Source: Gnetum montanum
Lineage: Eukaryota; Plantae; Gnetophyta
DNA: 64,000 nt
Direction: 5' to 3'
Assembly (NCBI GenBank): GCA_015680685.1
Contig: MNCI01001077.1
Coordinates: 377,627-441,626, forward strand
The translations under genes were made by a program, and so were the position numbers. How positions within the stretch are numbered: the first letter of the stretch is position 1; each line of letters opens with the position of its first letter. The notes under the pieces were generated by a model. That model saw only the letters and a list, made by a program, of their open reading frames with translations, was not told the origin of the DNA and made no database searches. Positions 11,282-26,000 of the stretch are shown here, piece by piece.

Positions 11282-11619
11282 AATGGTGCAAGGTCTGTCC
11301 ATGAAAATAGCGATAAAAGTAATATGACATATTTCCCTAGCAGAACATGCAACCATAACAGGTAAGACAATGGAACCCCACTTGTGCTATGAAAGGGTAC
11401 AACATTATCCATGATCACCCAAACCCTTATAATGGTGCAAGATCTGTCTCTGACAATGGCGATAAGGGTAATATTACAAACTCCCATAGCGTAACTAGCA
11501 TAGGTAGGTATCAACACCTAGTGCAGTGCACATTTTCAAAACAAATACAAATTATAGCAAAATGATAGAGAAAATGACCTAACGCATATATCACACAAGG
11601 AAGGTGAAGAACTACTTAC

Positions 11620-11738
11620 TAGGTGAGTGGAGTAGCCTCCCAAGTTTCGACTCGCACCTTTGAAATTTGCCCCAGAATTTCCTGTACTTCATCAATCCTA
11701 GCCAACTTGGTGTGTTTGCATTCAGTCTTTGGTGCCAT
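11620..11738 (-). pseudogene. Exon 1 of antisense accessory gene (family B, outer element)
   Basis: MAPKTECKHTKLARIDEVQEILGQISKVRVETWEATPLT followed by a phase-2 GTAAGT donor; TATA-like TATAAG ~11850; homologous to 41752-41870 and 55006-55115. Confidence 0.7.
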
Positions 11739-12389
11739 TGGTATGTCGAAATAACCTTTACGAAATCGTTAACTTACACTTTCCTTCTACTTTAGCCTAA
11801 ATCAACAACACTACGCTTGTAGTTGACCTTGAGGACGAGCCATATACTTATAAGTGTGATGGTGAAAACTTGCTATTTTTATTGCCAATCAGTGCAGAAC
11901 CTTCTCAAAGTATAGTAATGTCAGTTTGACATGAAGCGTAAATATCACCTCATTAATCACATAGATATCACATTAATTATAGTCCAAAAAGATCCTAAAC
12001 TAACGCATAGCTTATCATCTCGTAATCTGATCACATTAATTATGGTCTGCAACGATCCTAAATTAGCTATTTTTCCATTCTAGACATACCACATTATACT
12101 TTTAGCTGTATTTTATGAGGACTTTAAGCTAGCACCTAGGAAACCTTTCTTGCTCTTTTCTTACAAACTTTGTATATTGTAACGGTCTACTAAGATGTTA
12201 AACTGGTAGCCTTTTAACATATACCTCTAAAGCCTTATATCATTTCATCATGCTGACAAAAACAACTTAACTACTTTCTTTCTTGGCAATTTTGAAAGTC
12301 AATTTGCAATTGGACAAAGCTTTTCTTGCAGCCCTAGCCCTAACAAGCCTATACAGGGAAACCTTTAAACAACCTAATCTTGCAATGAT

Positions 12390-15300
12390 AGGAACCAACT
12401 CCTCCTCCTGTGACATAACCATAGCAACCTCAGAACCATCCCTAGACTAGCCAAAAGATTTGGTCCAAACCCTAGACCTAGAGGTTGGTGATGTGACTGA
12501 GGATCCCCTCACTGAGGTCTTTGTGGTTACACATAAAGGATACAGCAAAACTTTGAAGTTCAGTTCTCTCCTTGACCAAAAAATATAGAATGACATGTCT
12601 CAAGTTCTCCAAGATAACGTTGTGGTGTTCGCATGGTCATACGAAGACATGCTGGGTTTAGACCCATGACTAATACAACACAACATTGTGTTAGACCTGC
12701 ATATCAAAGTGGCTAAATAGAGAGCATGGAAGATTAACCCTGAAATTGCATTGGTAGTGTGTGATAAAATCACTAAGCTATATCGAGCTGGTTTTATCTG
12801 TGTGGTTGATTACTCAGGTTAGGTGTCAAACATCATTTTTGTTTCTAAGAAAATGGGAGGAATATGCATCTATATAGACTTCTACGATCTGAACAAGGTA
12901 ACAGTTAAATACAATTTCCCATTACCAAGTATTGACCAACTTATCGATACAACAGTTGGACATGCATTACTATCCTTTACGGATGGGTTTTCAAGATACA
13001 ATCAAATCCGTATCAACCAAGAACATCAACTAACTACAACTTTCATGACCCCCTGGGGAACTTTCTGTTATAGCATGATGTCTTTTAGGCTAAAAAATGC
13101 TGGAGCAACTTATCAGCATGCGATGACGTACATCTTTAATGATTATCTCTTAGAAAGATTGAACGACTATGTAGATGACATAGCTTTTAAATTTAGGAAG
13201 TCAGTAGATCACCCAGAGGATTTATAGTTAATCCTTAAACGATGTCTCAGGCATGACCTATGACTCAACCTAAGAAGATGTGTGTTTAGAGTTAAAATTG
13301 GATGCATGTTGGGGTTTTTATTATTGGAGGTTAGCATATAAGTTGACCCTGACAAGGTTAGGGCCATTGTTAACTTGTCACTGCCTACAAACCTCAAATA
13401 ATTGCATGGGTTTCAAGGTAGGTTATTATTTATCAGAAGGTTCATCTCAAAGTTGATAGAAAATTTACATCCCATGTAGCATCTACTCTAGTAGGGGATT
13501 AACTTTAAATGGACCGAGGATTGTCAGCATGCTTTTGATGACGTAAATAAAGAGTCGTTACATTTGCCAATGATTTTCCTGCCACAAAGGGATCAACCCT
13601 TCTACATCTACCTGGAAAGTTTAGATATTTCCATAGCTATGTTTTTGTGTCAAAAGAGGGATGATGGATCAGAAATCCCCATCTATTATCTACGTCATGC
13701 TCTATTTTCATACAAAATGAGGTACAATGAAGTGGAGCGTAACTACTTGGCATTGGTTTTCACACTTAAGAAATGTAGATACTATCTTTCCTGTAGCTAA
13801 GTTAACATAATTTGCAAGAATAATATTCTATGGGTAATCACATATAATTTATATGAGAGTATTAAATAGCCTGATGGAAAGCCATCGCAGTAGAATTTTA
13901 CTTACACTACGTTGGCCAATCTTCTACGGAAGGCCAAGCGATAGCCGACCAACTTATTGCATCACGTATTAACGATCAGGCGATGATAAAGCCTAAATTT
14001 ATAGATGAACATGTACATATTTTAAGCCCTATATCAATAGGCCTCAAAGCAACATTACACTTTGATGGAGCTTTGACTACCAGAGGCGGTAATGCCACCG
14101 CTATCATCATGCTTCTCCCTAAGGATGTTCGCCCATTGGCTTACTACCTAGAATTTCCCTGTACAAATAATGTGGCAGAATATGAAGGGCTTCTCAGGGT
14201 ACTATTAGCAACTAGAGAACTAAATGTTCAGCACCTGGCAATCCAGGGTGATTTAATGCTCGTTGTCAATCAGATCACAGAAGTCTACACCTAAAAAGTT
14301 GTGCATCTGCAGCCCTCTTGCGATATGGCTAATGACCTTTTGAAATAATTTACAATGACTGATGTCTGACACATGCCACATAGCAAGAACACTATAGCTG
14401 ATGCACTAGCTATGTTAGCTTTAAATGTGCCACCACATTTGTTCGCCACCTTACTTACTTTAATGATCGAATGTATAGATCTTATCAGCTAACCAGTGCA
14501 AATCTCTTCTTTAAGTGTGGAGGGAACACCAAAATGGTATGACAACATTAAAACCTACCTTCTACGTGGAGAACCATCACACAAGTTGACATATGCATAG
14601 AAGGATGCAATCTACAAGTGTGCTAGACAATATGTCATCATTAGAGACAACACTCTATGTAGGTGCTCCTTTGATGGGATATTGTTAACCTACGTTAATA
14701 AAAACTAAGCACAAAGGATAGTTAGTGAAGTCCATGAGGGACTATGTGGAGGACACATAGCCCTGGGAGCCATGGCCACTAAAATCAGATGCTTAGGGTA
14801 TTACAGGCCATACATGGAATGAGATTGCCTTACCAAAGTTAATACATGTGTCACATTCTAGTGTAACGAAAATCTAATACAAGTGTCACCAACTAAGTTG
14901 CATACCACATAGATCACTTGGCCATTCCAACGATGGGGGTTAGATATCATAGGTCCCATCACACCGAAGTCTTCCACAGGACATAGTTTTATTATCACCA
15001 CCACTGAGTACTTCATGAAATGGTTCCATGCTATTCCCCTACGAAAGACTACATCTCAACATATTTTCCATTTTATCTTGGATAACATAGTAACAAGGTT
15101 TGTGCTTACCATGACTATTGTGACCAAAAATGGCCAACAATTTAGTAGTACCAAAACCAAATCTTTCTGCAATAAACTTGGTATTAAGCAATCTTTTTCC
15201 TCACCATATTACCTACAAGAAAATGATCAAGTGGAAGTAATAAACAAGGTGGTTATCAATTTACTAAAAAGGATGCTCAGCAGAAACAAGAAACAATGGC

Positions 15301-15776
15301 ATGAGCAAATCCTCTATGTGCTATGGGCCTATTGTATGACATGCAGAATAGCTACGGGTAGGACACCATGTAGCCTGGTCTATGGATCTGAAGCAGTGTT
15401 TTCCCTTGAACTAAAGGTTGCCTCACTATGGATGGTCCTCTCCATGGTTACAAATGAGACTCAATACAATGAGTCCAGGATCATGGATCTAGACTCAGTG
15501 GAGGAGAACTACATATAGACACTTAACAACATCAAAAAATATCAGGATAGGAAAAGGCAGAAGCATCATCGCAACCTGTATCAGCAACTGATCAAGAAAG
15601 GAGACTTGGTCCTTAAATCCATTCGTGAAGCATTGAACAAATTATTTGCATGATGGGAATGCTGCTTCCTAGTTTTCAACGCATATGACAACGAAGCATT
15701 CAAGCTAGCAGACATCAATGACAATGAGCTTGCAAACCCAATGAGTCATATGTACCTAAAGCAGTACCACATTTAG
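12390..15776 (+). pseudogene. pol: RT - RNase H - archaeal-type RNase H - integrase (degenerate)
   Basis: FPLPSIDQLID, DGFSRYNQI, YVDDI; LHFDGA...CTNNVAEYEGL...QGD; VHEGLCGGH, WGLDIIGP, LWAY; many stops; start approximate. Confidence 0.92.
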
Positions 15777-15808
15777 ACGTTAGCTTAGCTAGAATACAAG
15801 GTAATACA

Positions 15809-17061
15809 TGAAACACCATGAAATTTTGACACCTTGATGATTCAGCAAAGTCTCAAGGCTTAGACAAATATTTTCAACAAGTGGCACATCTCAGCAAGTT
15901 TTCATTTTTCTTTCGACTAAGGACCTACTACGCTACTCTACGTAGCTCAACGTAGTAGACTCCAGGAGAAAAAAATAGCACAAGGGATGCACAACAACAA
16001 CACTTTAATTTCACAAGCTAGCCATGTTCAAAAATCATAACTTTTTCCATACTACGTTGTGTTACGCTATGCAGCGTAATGCAACGTAATGCAAGCAACA
16101 CGATTGACTTAGCCACAGCAACAAAGATAACGAAATTTAGGTAGTAGCATTCATTACGCCACAATACACTATCTAGCGTATCACAACATAGTCATGGGAC
16201 AATTTATTTAGTGGAAGAGACAAGGTCAAATGACTGGTCTTCTTAAAGGATGGTTACGCTATACTATGCTTCAAAGAGTAACACAGTGTACCGCCACAAG
16301 ATTCAATTATGGCACATCAAGTCAATGGCATTTTGTGGGTCTAAGACACATATCATCTAAATTGCATTTTTCTCCTAACCCTAATCTTATAAATACCCTA
16401 GCAGAAAACACTCAAAGGGTTGGCAATTTTTTGACAGTGTTGGCAAAAAATTGGTGAGATGATGAGAAAGATTTGGTAATAGAAGAGCATCAACGGTGAC
16501 AGAGAGAACCTTTTGATCAGAGATTCCAAGTTAGCAGACACTTTTCTTCGAGCTTGACTCCCTTATAGCTAGATTGGCTAGAACAAGGTACATTGGCCTT
16601 TGCTTTTTTAATCTCTAATTAGCTTCTTGTTGGTAGCAGACACTTCATCCAAATCGAAGTCTCTTGTAAATCCCATTGTATTCACCATATTTATCTATAA
16701 GGTAGATCCCAGATCTCAGGATCATGCATGTTCCAAATTCAATTCATTGCACCCTATTTACATTGAATTCTACAATAATTTCATATAATTTACATCACCT
16801 TCATTGCCTTTGAGATCTAATCTTGGAGCAGATCTTGTTTTCTCATAAATCGATAATATACTTGCATATCAAATCGTCACCTCGTTATATGATCATTAAA
16901 AAATTTACTAGACTAAGTAAGTCCCTGTCTGATCAACAAGACCATTTAGGAAACCTTATATTAATTTTCTCTAGCATGACCCTTGTGTGGATCCAAGGTT
17001 AAAACTGTGTACATGAAAATCTCCTCAGTGTTTCCAGCAACTGACATTTTCTCTCGTTACA
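15809..17061 (+). repeat. 5' LTR of element 3
   Basis: TGAAACACC...CGTTACA; TATAAATA ~16388; aligns with 59625-59983 + 61444-62326. Confidence 0.93.
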
Positions 17062-17067
17062 ATTTTT

Positions 17068-17081
17068 TGGCGCTAGAAGGA
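17068..17081 (+). promoter_or_regulatory. PBS (tRNA-Asn type)
   Basis: TGGCGCTAGAAGGA just after the LTR. Confidence 0.8.
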
Positions 17082-17316
17082 TGGCTTGAACCTTCGATCT
17101 ACGTTTCATGGGTAGTATTGTAAGCTATCTATACCCATTATTGACTAACGTAAATGTGATACCTCAATGGTTTTTTACGTGATTTTGTGATATAGATCGG
17201 TTTCCCTGATGATTCCTCTGGATTCCATCAGGATAGAAAGCCCACTTTTGCCTTTATCTAGTTTTCACCTTTTTGATCTCTATCCTTGTTATCATTACCC
17301 TCTAGCTGCGTAGAAA

Positions 17317-20300
17317 ATGGCTACATCAACCACCACTATTGACACTACTAGCTTCGAACATCCCTAGACACTACAAGTTACACCCACTGTTGTCAAAACA
17401 CCAATAAGTCCAGTGCGGCCATGCTGGTCCCTCAGGATTCAAAATAAAGAGCTTGAGGGACACGCTCAGTGCAAGGAAAACTAAAACTTCATATGTGCCA
17501 AGCTGATGGTGAATCTTCCTATGTATCCCCAAGAACTCAAATAGAAACATGAATACGAGTTTATATACTACAATGAGAAGGAGTTCATTCCTTCACCTAA
17601 TGCCTCCATACCCCTGACGGACCAGCAATAGAGGCTTTTGGACCAACTGTTAATGGCCAAGACATCAACAAAATAATGAGATGAGATGTTTTGTGATGAA
17701 GCATCCCACAATGGGTAGGAGGACTTAGATTCCCACTCTGAGGGAGGTAGTCATGCTAGCTTGTCATGGCTCCTCCCTCCATAGCGTCCCATGTAAACCC
17801 GCTATTTATGGTCACAATGTCGTTATCATTGACTACCATTGACGATGTGGTGCATGCATCCTATCAGCATTTATTCTCTCCAACTACCCTCCCAAGTGGT
17901 ATTCCTTCATAGAACATTCCTCCATAGTCACAGTTAGCTAATCCATATCATTGCATACTTGTGCCTACGTCACCGTATGTGCACACAGTGCCTACTTTGC
18001 AATTACGCATAGCTCCTACATTCATCCTAGCTTACACGACAGGACCTTCCACTACTGCATGGTGGGCTCCAAATACATCACCCCCTATTGTGCATCCTAC
18101 GTAGATGTCCCATCTCACTCATAATCAACACCAAGTCTCAAAACTAGTAAATTCGAATGCAAGGTCATTGTCTATGCCCCAGTCTAAGTAAACAATGTAC
18201 CCTATGGCAAAATCGACCATAGTTGCCCCTCCTGCACCATCGATAGGTTGGTGGATGACATAGGAGGTATCACTTAAATGGAAAGTTCTAACTACATTGC
18301 TCATAGGCCATGCTACTGCCCCTATCCCACCACCCATCTTGGCTCCCCCTGCTATTCCACAACCAACCTCTTTGTTCTCAGGCCTGGATGAAGCCTTCCA
18401 GCTTATCCAAACCCTTACCGAGGAGGTTAAACATCTCAAGGCTATCCGTTCTGACATAATACAGGTCATGGATTTCTAGCATGAAGATCCTATCAGTCCA
18501 ATAGTACCCATTTTATCGTTACCTCTTGGGATGCCACTTCCCCATTTTACAAAATATAATGGGGAAGGTGATCCCAATGTCCATCTACTTACCTATAGGT
18601 TAGAGTCATTATTGCTGTAACAATGGCCACATACCATCATCCATGTATTTTCTATGTCCCTAACGGGTAAAGATTTTGATTGGTATCGTGCACTTCCACT
18701 CTCTTCCATCTCAACCTTGGAAGAGCTGCTAACTCAGTTCATGACCCATTTCAAATACAACCTAAAACAAGAAGTCATACTGGACCAGTTAATGGGAGTT
18801 AAGCAAGATCTAGTTGACCTAGTCCAAAATTTTATATAGTGGTGGAGTGCCACCTTGAATGAAATCCATGAACCCATTGTGGAGGCCCATTTTTTGGCAA
18901 TCTTCAATGGGGCAGTTAATGACTTTATTAAGTGTAAACTATATTATCTTGCTCCCTGCTCCCTCATCCAAGCCTTCTCTTAGACTAAAAGGATTAAATA
19001 TGCAGTAGAGGCTAGCAAAGACCTAGCATATGTGGTCTATAAAAATTCCCACAACAAGAGCAAGGACAAGGGCAAAGCTGCAACAACAATAGTAGTAGCC
19101 ATGGCCAAAGGGGCCAAAGAAAAAACTAACAAAAAAGTACCTATGGTGCCTGTTGAGGCCACAACTAGGTCAAACATTGCTAATTAAGAAATAGCACCCG
19201 CCCTTGAGGCTTCCCCACAACCGAAGCCTAATTTTGAGCATAAAGGTCACTAAAAATATAGGGCTCTACCTGTAAAGCCTTTAGAACTTCTGAAGAAACT
19301 ACTAGGAATTGGCCACATCCAACACAAAATAGTGTCACGAGGATGCTCTAAAGCATCACAGAAGGCAATGTGAGCTACTCAAGAACCCCTCATTGGCCCT
19401 GCCTAACGAGCTTCTAGTCCCTAAGAACTTTAAGTTGGATCATTTTTGTGACTACCACCAACTGTGTGGTCATGACACAGATTACTGCTAGGTGTTTAAA
19501 GATGACATTCAACACATGATCAACCAAGGTAAGTTGATCCTAGATAGTAGTAGTGTAGTTTATCTAGAAAACCAGTTCATGCATGTGTACCAAAACCCAC
19601 TAAATGCAAATAACGTAGGGTACAGTATCAATGTAGTGAGCATGGAAAGTGATGGCTAGGAATAGCCAAAGAAATCCTTTGTGTTGCATGTGCCTCCTCG
19701 CCCAACTTAGAAGACAAGCCCGTCAACATCGATGGGTGCGACTCAGCGACAACCTTTTGTCCTCCGAGTCCTATCTCATACTTTTGTTTCATAGCCAACT
19801 GTCGGTAAAACCATAGCTCAGCCCGCACCTATACCGTCCTAAATCGTCGATCTCTGGCTAGAATGAAATAGAAACCTAGAGATCTCTAGACACACACAGA
19901 AGACCCTACCTTCTCTTGAGGGTGAGTTCGAATTAACGAAGGCAGAGTACCTTGAGTGGTCCACACGTGGATCAGGCAAGGATTTCTCCGAATGTACACC
20001 GATGTACTGTATGCTGGGTTATATGTAAATGGCGTAACAAATGTAAAATGAAGCGTAAATGTACAGGAGCGTAAGTAGTAAACGTACAACAATGAATGAA
20101 AAAATGTAATAGATTTTAGCAAAGAAATGTAGCAATATTATTGCGAAATGAAAGTTACAATGCACCGGTCTAACGCAGTTGTGAATTTAACATAAGGAAG
20201 ACGAATAGCCCTAGTGGATGCAAGGATGATTGTGTGCTAGGTTCAACTGCAGGCACAGCATAAAGGTTGTATGCTCAACATGCAGAGTTGAGGTCTAGCA

Positions 20301-22620
20301 TACAGGGTTTTAGCTCTAGTTTCTTAGCGTCTCTGTTTCTTTGTTTTTCTCTGGTTTTTACTCAAACATTGCCAACCCCCTGGTCTAGTGAAAAATTGGG
20401 GTTTTTATACAAGTTTAGACGTGGAACTCGGGTTTTGAGAGGGGAGGATTGGCTGTGGAGTGCTGGACTCTAGGGTCGGGTGACATGTGGTGCATTGACC
20501 AAGTGCGAAAGAATGAAATTTTACAAGTATACAGCGTGCTGCATGCCAGCATATACCGCTGTACGCTAGTGTATACATGCTGGACGTATGACCTTGGCAT
20601 ATAGATTTGATCAAAGAAAAACAAGTCTTTCAGCCTTCAAATTTGAATTCGGATGGCATGAAGATGCTTCCTATAGATGTTCAGCTTGGTTGACCTTGAT
20701 GTCACACTGGTTGTACACTTTGTACATGTTGGGCATATATGCTAGGCATATACATTGGGAATGTAGGGTGGGCGTATATGCTGGGCATGTAGGATGGGCA
20801 TATATGCTGGGCATGTAGGGTGTACATGCTTAGCGTATGAACCCCAAAATGCATGATGTCAACATCTGATGAGTGCTCTATTCATGTGAGTTGATGCTTT
20901 GTACAAAGTCTTGCTCTATAGTGTTTTTTCCATGCCATCTTTGGGGGTTGCATATTGGGCGTATATGCCAGTCATACATGCTGAGTGTACATGTGAGCCG
21001 TGTATGTTGGGCATGTACGCTGTGAATGCATACTTGGGCATATACGCTGGGAATGCATACTTGGGCGTATACGCTGGGAATGCATACTTGGGCGTATACG
21101 TTGGGAATGCATACTTGGGTGTATACGTTGGGCATATACATTAAGAATGCATACTTAGTGAAGACTAAGTATCTGCAGCTCCAAAGTTGCCATTTTTTGA
21201 TAGCAGATGTCGCCGTGGTCATCTGCGGGTCCTAGGGAACTGTTAAGTCTGACTCTGCTTGAAGCTGTCTGTGGGGCCCTCAGGCTTTAGTGATGCTGGG
21301 GAACATCATGACTTAGCTTGATTATTGTTGGAGAAGTACTAAGCTCAAAATTTTGTGGTGTTTCAGCACCCACACCTAGGGAACCCTTTGTCATCAGGGT
21401 GCCAAAGTCGTTAGTTGCTCCTGCTATGCAGGTGCAAATCTCTAAGTCAACACCCCAACCAAAACCTACCAGGAAAAGAGAAGGGCTTATGATAGATAAC
21501 ACATCCAAGGATCGCCTTACACTAGGATTTGCTAAGCCTACACCCCTCACCTCAATGCCCTTTGCCCCACCTTCTTCTGAAAAAGGTGAAATTACGCAAA
21601 CACGATCATCTTCTCCCTGCCCAAGAAAATGAAATCCTCAATCAAAAACAATTCCTCTCGTACAGATCCATGTCCTGGGATGAATGGAAGAGGATAAGGG
21701 TAACAAACAACCAGACTGTGGGCATGATCTCCTCGATCCGTTTACACAAGTTAGGTAGGCTCTTAAACAAAAAAATACAATGCTAAACATCTATGACTTG
21801 TTGATGACATCACAAAAGCATAGTGAAGCCATGGTACACATGTTAACATCCATACCCGTGGACGAGAGCTTGCCAGAAGCTGAAAAAAAAATCTATTCAA
21901 TTATGCTTCCTCCCATTGTTGAACAACCATGGTCTTCCCAATTGACATTTCATGATGAGTCCATTAAGGATGACCCAGAAAAGGGTCAAGTAACAACAGC
22001 ACCTGTGTTCATCACTATCCAGGTCAGCCAGTATAGGATCCGGAGAGTACACATAGATGATGGGACCGTTGCCAACGTCATTCCATTCCCCATCATGGAA
22101 AAACTAGATTTTCTCGACTAGATCAATCCCATAAAAATGTCATGTTTGAAGTAATTTAACAGGGCATGAGTACAATTTAAGGGAACAATACACATCAACT
22201 TTGTAGGAGGGGATGAATTCCCCACAAACGTAGTGTTTATCATCATCGAGGAGATGCCCTGCTTCAACTTAATCTTAGGAAGGTCTTGGTTAGCTTAGTT
22301 AAGGGTAATCTCATCACCCATTCAATAAGAGATTCACTTGCCTTATGCAGAAGGGGAAGTGATCATCCATGGTGATAAGATTACCCTTGAAGCGGTTAAC
22401 AACCTGGAAATTGAATAGGGTTCACAGGTTGAAATCCTCAAAGATCAAACCCCTATCCCAACAATTGAACAGGTTGACATAGTGTCCAATGAAAGCTTGA
22501 CTTGGGCTAAATTACCCTTCTAGAGAGAAGATGGTAACGTAGAGGAATGTTGTAATAAGCCTTCTCATCCATACAAATCATTGAACCTAAAAATGGTTAA
22601 TATATAGCTACAGAGCTAGC
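17317..22620 (+). pseudogene. gag-protease of element 3, interrupted by solo LTR 19830-21365
   Basis: KYNGEGDPNVHL, SLTGKDFDWYRALP, FCDYHQLCGHDTDYC, VHIDDGTVANVIP, FNLILGRSWL; many stops; end approximate. Confidence 0.88.
19830..21365 (-). mobile_element. Solo LTR, family A-related
   Basis: TGAAACACCAC...GGTATA termini on minus, perfect TSD GCACC (19825-19829 / 21366-21370), no PBS or PPT; 24-bp repeats at 21027-21140. Confidence 0.92.
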
Positions 22621-23009
22621 AAATGAACATATTTGTGTGACATGTTATATTAGTCCACATTGTTTACTATTACAGAATTTATGCTCTTTCTGGTTGCATT
22701 ATTCTTGTTATGCTTTTTCATACACACCTTGGCCCGAAATGGCCTTAAACTAGTTACGGCCTACTACAACTTAAAATTGGAAATTCTATTTATCCCTGTA
22801 CGCATACGATGGCCTAACCCCAAATGGCCTTAAACTATTAGTGGCCCATAGTGGCCTAAAATGTGATACACTTCCCTTCATAAAATCAAAAATCAAAATG
22901 TTATTTTACAATCACATTGACCAAAGAACGTTACTTTTTATTCCCTTTCATTACAACAAAATGTTGGCGAATGTCATCATGCTACACATCCCTTTTTTTA
23001 CCACATCCA

Positions 23010-26000
23010 TCTACATCATTTGACTCCACCTCCACCTCATGAGGATCTTCCTCATAACGATCTTCTTTGCATTGTGTCCCTTCATGGGGGCGATTCTCTC
23101 TATGGGGATCCTCCTCATGAGGATCCTATTAATGAAGATGATCATCTCTGTGGGGCTCTTTCTCATGGGGACCCTCTTCATGAGGGCCATCATCTCCATG
23201 ATTCTCCTCTTCATGTTGATCCTACAATTGACATGAAACAAACATTTGCGTTGCCATCGAAATCACGCACAGGAATGATACAACTGTAACATAGCTTACC
23301 TTTGAGGGTCTTGCTTCGACCGAAAAAGGAATCTATTCCAAGATGACTAACAGGTATTGCATAATCTCATCCTTAGTGAGCTCAGCCCAAACACCATCTC
23401 CTAGATTAGTGCTAGCCTTTGCCTTTCCTTTTTCCACAAGAGTCCACTAGGGTGGTTTAGGAAAGAAGGAAGGGATAGTAATCTCCCCACCAAGGAGGGT
23501 TATCTCTCTTTCAGGGGAAGCACTCACTGTCACTTGCTCCTGAAACTTTTCATACACTCTAGAAGCACCAATGACATTGAGGAATAGCCAGAGAGACTGT
23601 GCTTCAACTGCAGAATCCCTGTAATGTTGGTGGTAGGCAACACATTCTTATTTATACATGTGCTTATTCTCTTTCTATTCCTATCCCCATTCTTGGACCC
23701 TCACATTAAAATCCTTCTAGTCTTGGCTCTTCTGGGCTAGGAGATCTATTTGTATCCATTGCTCAATGAGCTCACAGTTAGCTTGGATTTTCTTCCTGAT
23801 GACTGCCCAATAATAGGCGTAGTCAATCACAGTTATCCACCAATTCTAGTGATTGGTGTCTCAAGCTTGTAGAAATTCGTTTCGAGACTCAAGGTCTACA
23901 ACCCTAGCAGTCAGGGCCATTTTCTCTTTTCCCTCTTTCTACAATCTCTTCTATAGATCTTTGTTGATGTTTTGAGACTCCCATAGAGAATGGGTCGAGT
24001 GTAATGCAAATTTATGCATCTCATCGTAAAGACCGTGTGGCACTTCGGTAACCTTTGGTGAAGATTCAGGGGCAGTGTCTATGTCAATGGGCTCTTTGGA
24101 ATTCCATTTGAGGTGAGATCCTATAACAAAATAGTTAGACAATAGTTAGACATGACAAGAATAATGTAATGTCATAATTTCAACAATTCTTGTGTAACAA
24201 TAGTGACGTATCGATCTCAAGATCGATTTGCTCTAAGCGATCAATCATGTCATTCACAATGGCCTCCATAAAGGCGAATTTGTGAGGAGCCTCACCGTAA
24301 TGTTGAGTTGGGGTTGCTGACAAAGGTACACCACTATTATTAGAAGTGCCTACTACACAAACAAAAGGAGTTAAACATAGCAAAGTAGAAAAGGGAAATT
24401 GAGATGTTACAACAACAAAAAGATCCAATTCAAAAAGTCCCCAAGGGTAATAGTAGGAGGATTGCCCTCCGAGCAAAGGTTAAACTCACCAGCGACAAAC
24501 TACTCCTCCTTTTCTGGCTCATCCAAAAAGACCTCACCATCCTCTACACCTGTGTCCCCTTCAAGCACAAGAGCCTATGTGCTACTTACATTGTTAACCG
24601 GGGCCTACGTTTCCAAAACTGTGGCCCCTTCCCCATGCTGCAAGACTATGGTTCCTATTTCAAGGGTTAGTTCCTCTACATCTTTCCCTTTTCTTGTTAA
24701 ACACATCAAAATTAATAAAACAATACAAAAAATAAAACCTTACTCATTTCCCACAAGCACTACACAACACAACAATGTTTGTATGTAGTGTAACGTACAT
24801 AAACTAGGGGATGACTCCTATGAAACTTAATTCACAGTTTCCTCACCTCTTCACCAATCAGGCTAGGAGACTCTATAGCTGGACGACATTTTTTTTGCTA
24901 AACCGATGAAGCTACTATTTTTGCTGCTAGGTGATTTCCCCTCAATGCACTACCGGTGTAAGGAGGGGATGCCCCACCAATGTTGTCTTGGCCTCAGATG
25001 GGAGGTGCCACCCGATCCTTAGTCATTAGTAAAAATGATTCCTCGATACCTTCAGGAGGATCTTGGGATTGGAGGCTGTAGAAAACCTAAGAAATCCATG
25101 GTTTGTAAATCTATTTATGATCTTACTACACCTAGACTCCATCCCTGCGAACAACCAAGAATTCAGAAAAATGCCATAAACATGCTAAGAACAAGGAAAA
25201 GTGCATGTTAAAACGAGTCTCAAGCTTCTTACGGAGTTGGAGCATTTTAGCTTGTAGACCTTTAGCAAAGTTCTTGGACCAATTATACCATGTCCCCTCC
25301 TCCATAGCCTCCCACATAATCCAAGTTGGCTCTATGCCAAGGATTCTTTCTTGAAAGAGTAGCTTGGGAAAAGCACGAGCTCGGAAGAGGGGATAAATGG
25401 TATTAGCCACCTCTAGCTTGATTTTATCAGCCAAGATGCCTTTTGGTTCCTTCTTAACACCTAGACACTCCTCTATGTATTTCTAATAATTAGAACCTAT
25501 CTTTAATCTTTCTTCCATTGGGAGAACATCAGAAGGAACACCAAAAAAGTTAATAAATAGTTGAGCGTTAATATCAAAACTCACGTGGACATTACGCATG
25601 CATGTATGAAGATGCTCGGCTTCTTCGCTGAAGGAGTCAACTAGGGCCAACATTTTAGCTACTGTGAAACTGAAGGTTATAGCTATAAATAGCTCCATTT
25701 GTCCAGAATCCCAGAGGTTATTGGTTATGGTGACTGGGGAAACTCTGTGGCAAAGCCAACGTTGTGCTTCATTTATGTCACCATAACAGAAGAAGACACT
25801 GGCTGCCTCATGCCCAGAAGCTACCACCATGACCTTCAATGATTTCTTAACTTTAAACATAAAACAATAGGTTAGAGAAAATAACAAAATAACAAAATCA
25901 TATACATTGTTCTCATTTTGTAGGGTCACATAGTTGATCAACGTAGCATAACTTACCATGTCCAAAGGGCAAAGGAAATGGTGGGATGCTTTTCTCCTAC

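Larger units (their letters stand above)
11282..15808 (+). mobile_element. Outer family-B element, middle segment (accessory-gene intron 1/exon 1/promoter, RT-RH-aRH-INT); continues at 62327-64000
   Basis: Joined to 62332 across TSD ATACA it reproduces the uninterrupted sequence seen at 58081-58120; 11282-12490 is homologous to 26947-27216 + 41650-42637. Confidence 0.88.

Noticed and set aside
12390-15776. Functional autonomous element or recoded stop codons
   Set aside because: Stops fall at different positions in each copy and mostly replace CAG/CAA/CGA/TGG, consistent with methyl-C deamination decay
17200-17245. Hammerhead ribozyme (CTGATGA...GAAA)
   Set aside because: CTGATG is itself paired with CATCAG, and I could not build stems I/III or an NUH site; the U5 CTGATCA...GAAA motif likewise lacks the canonical core
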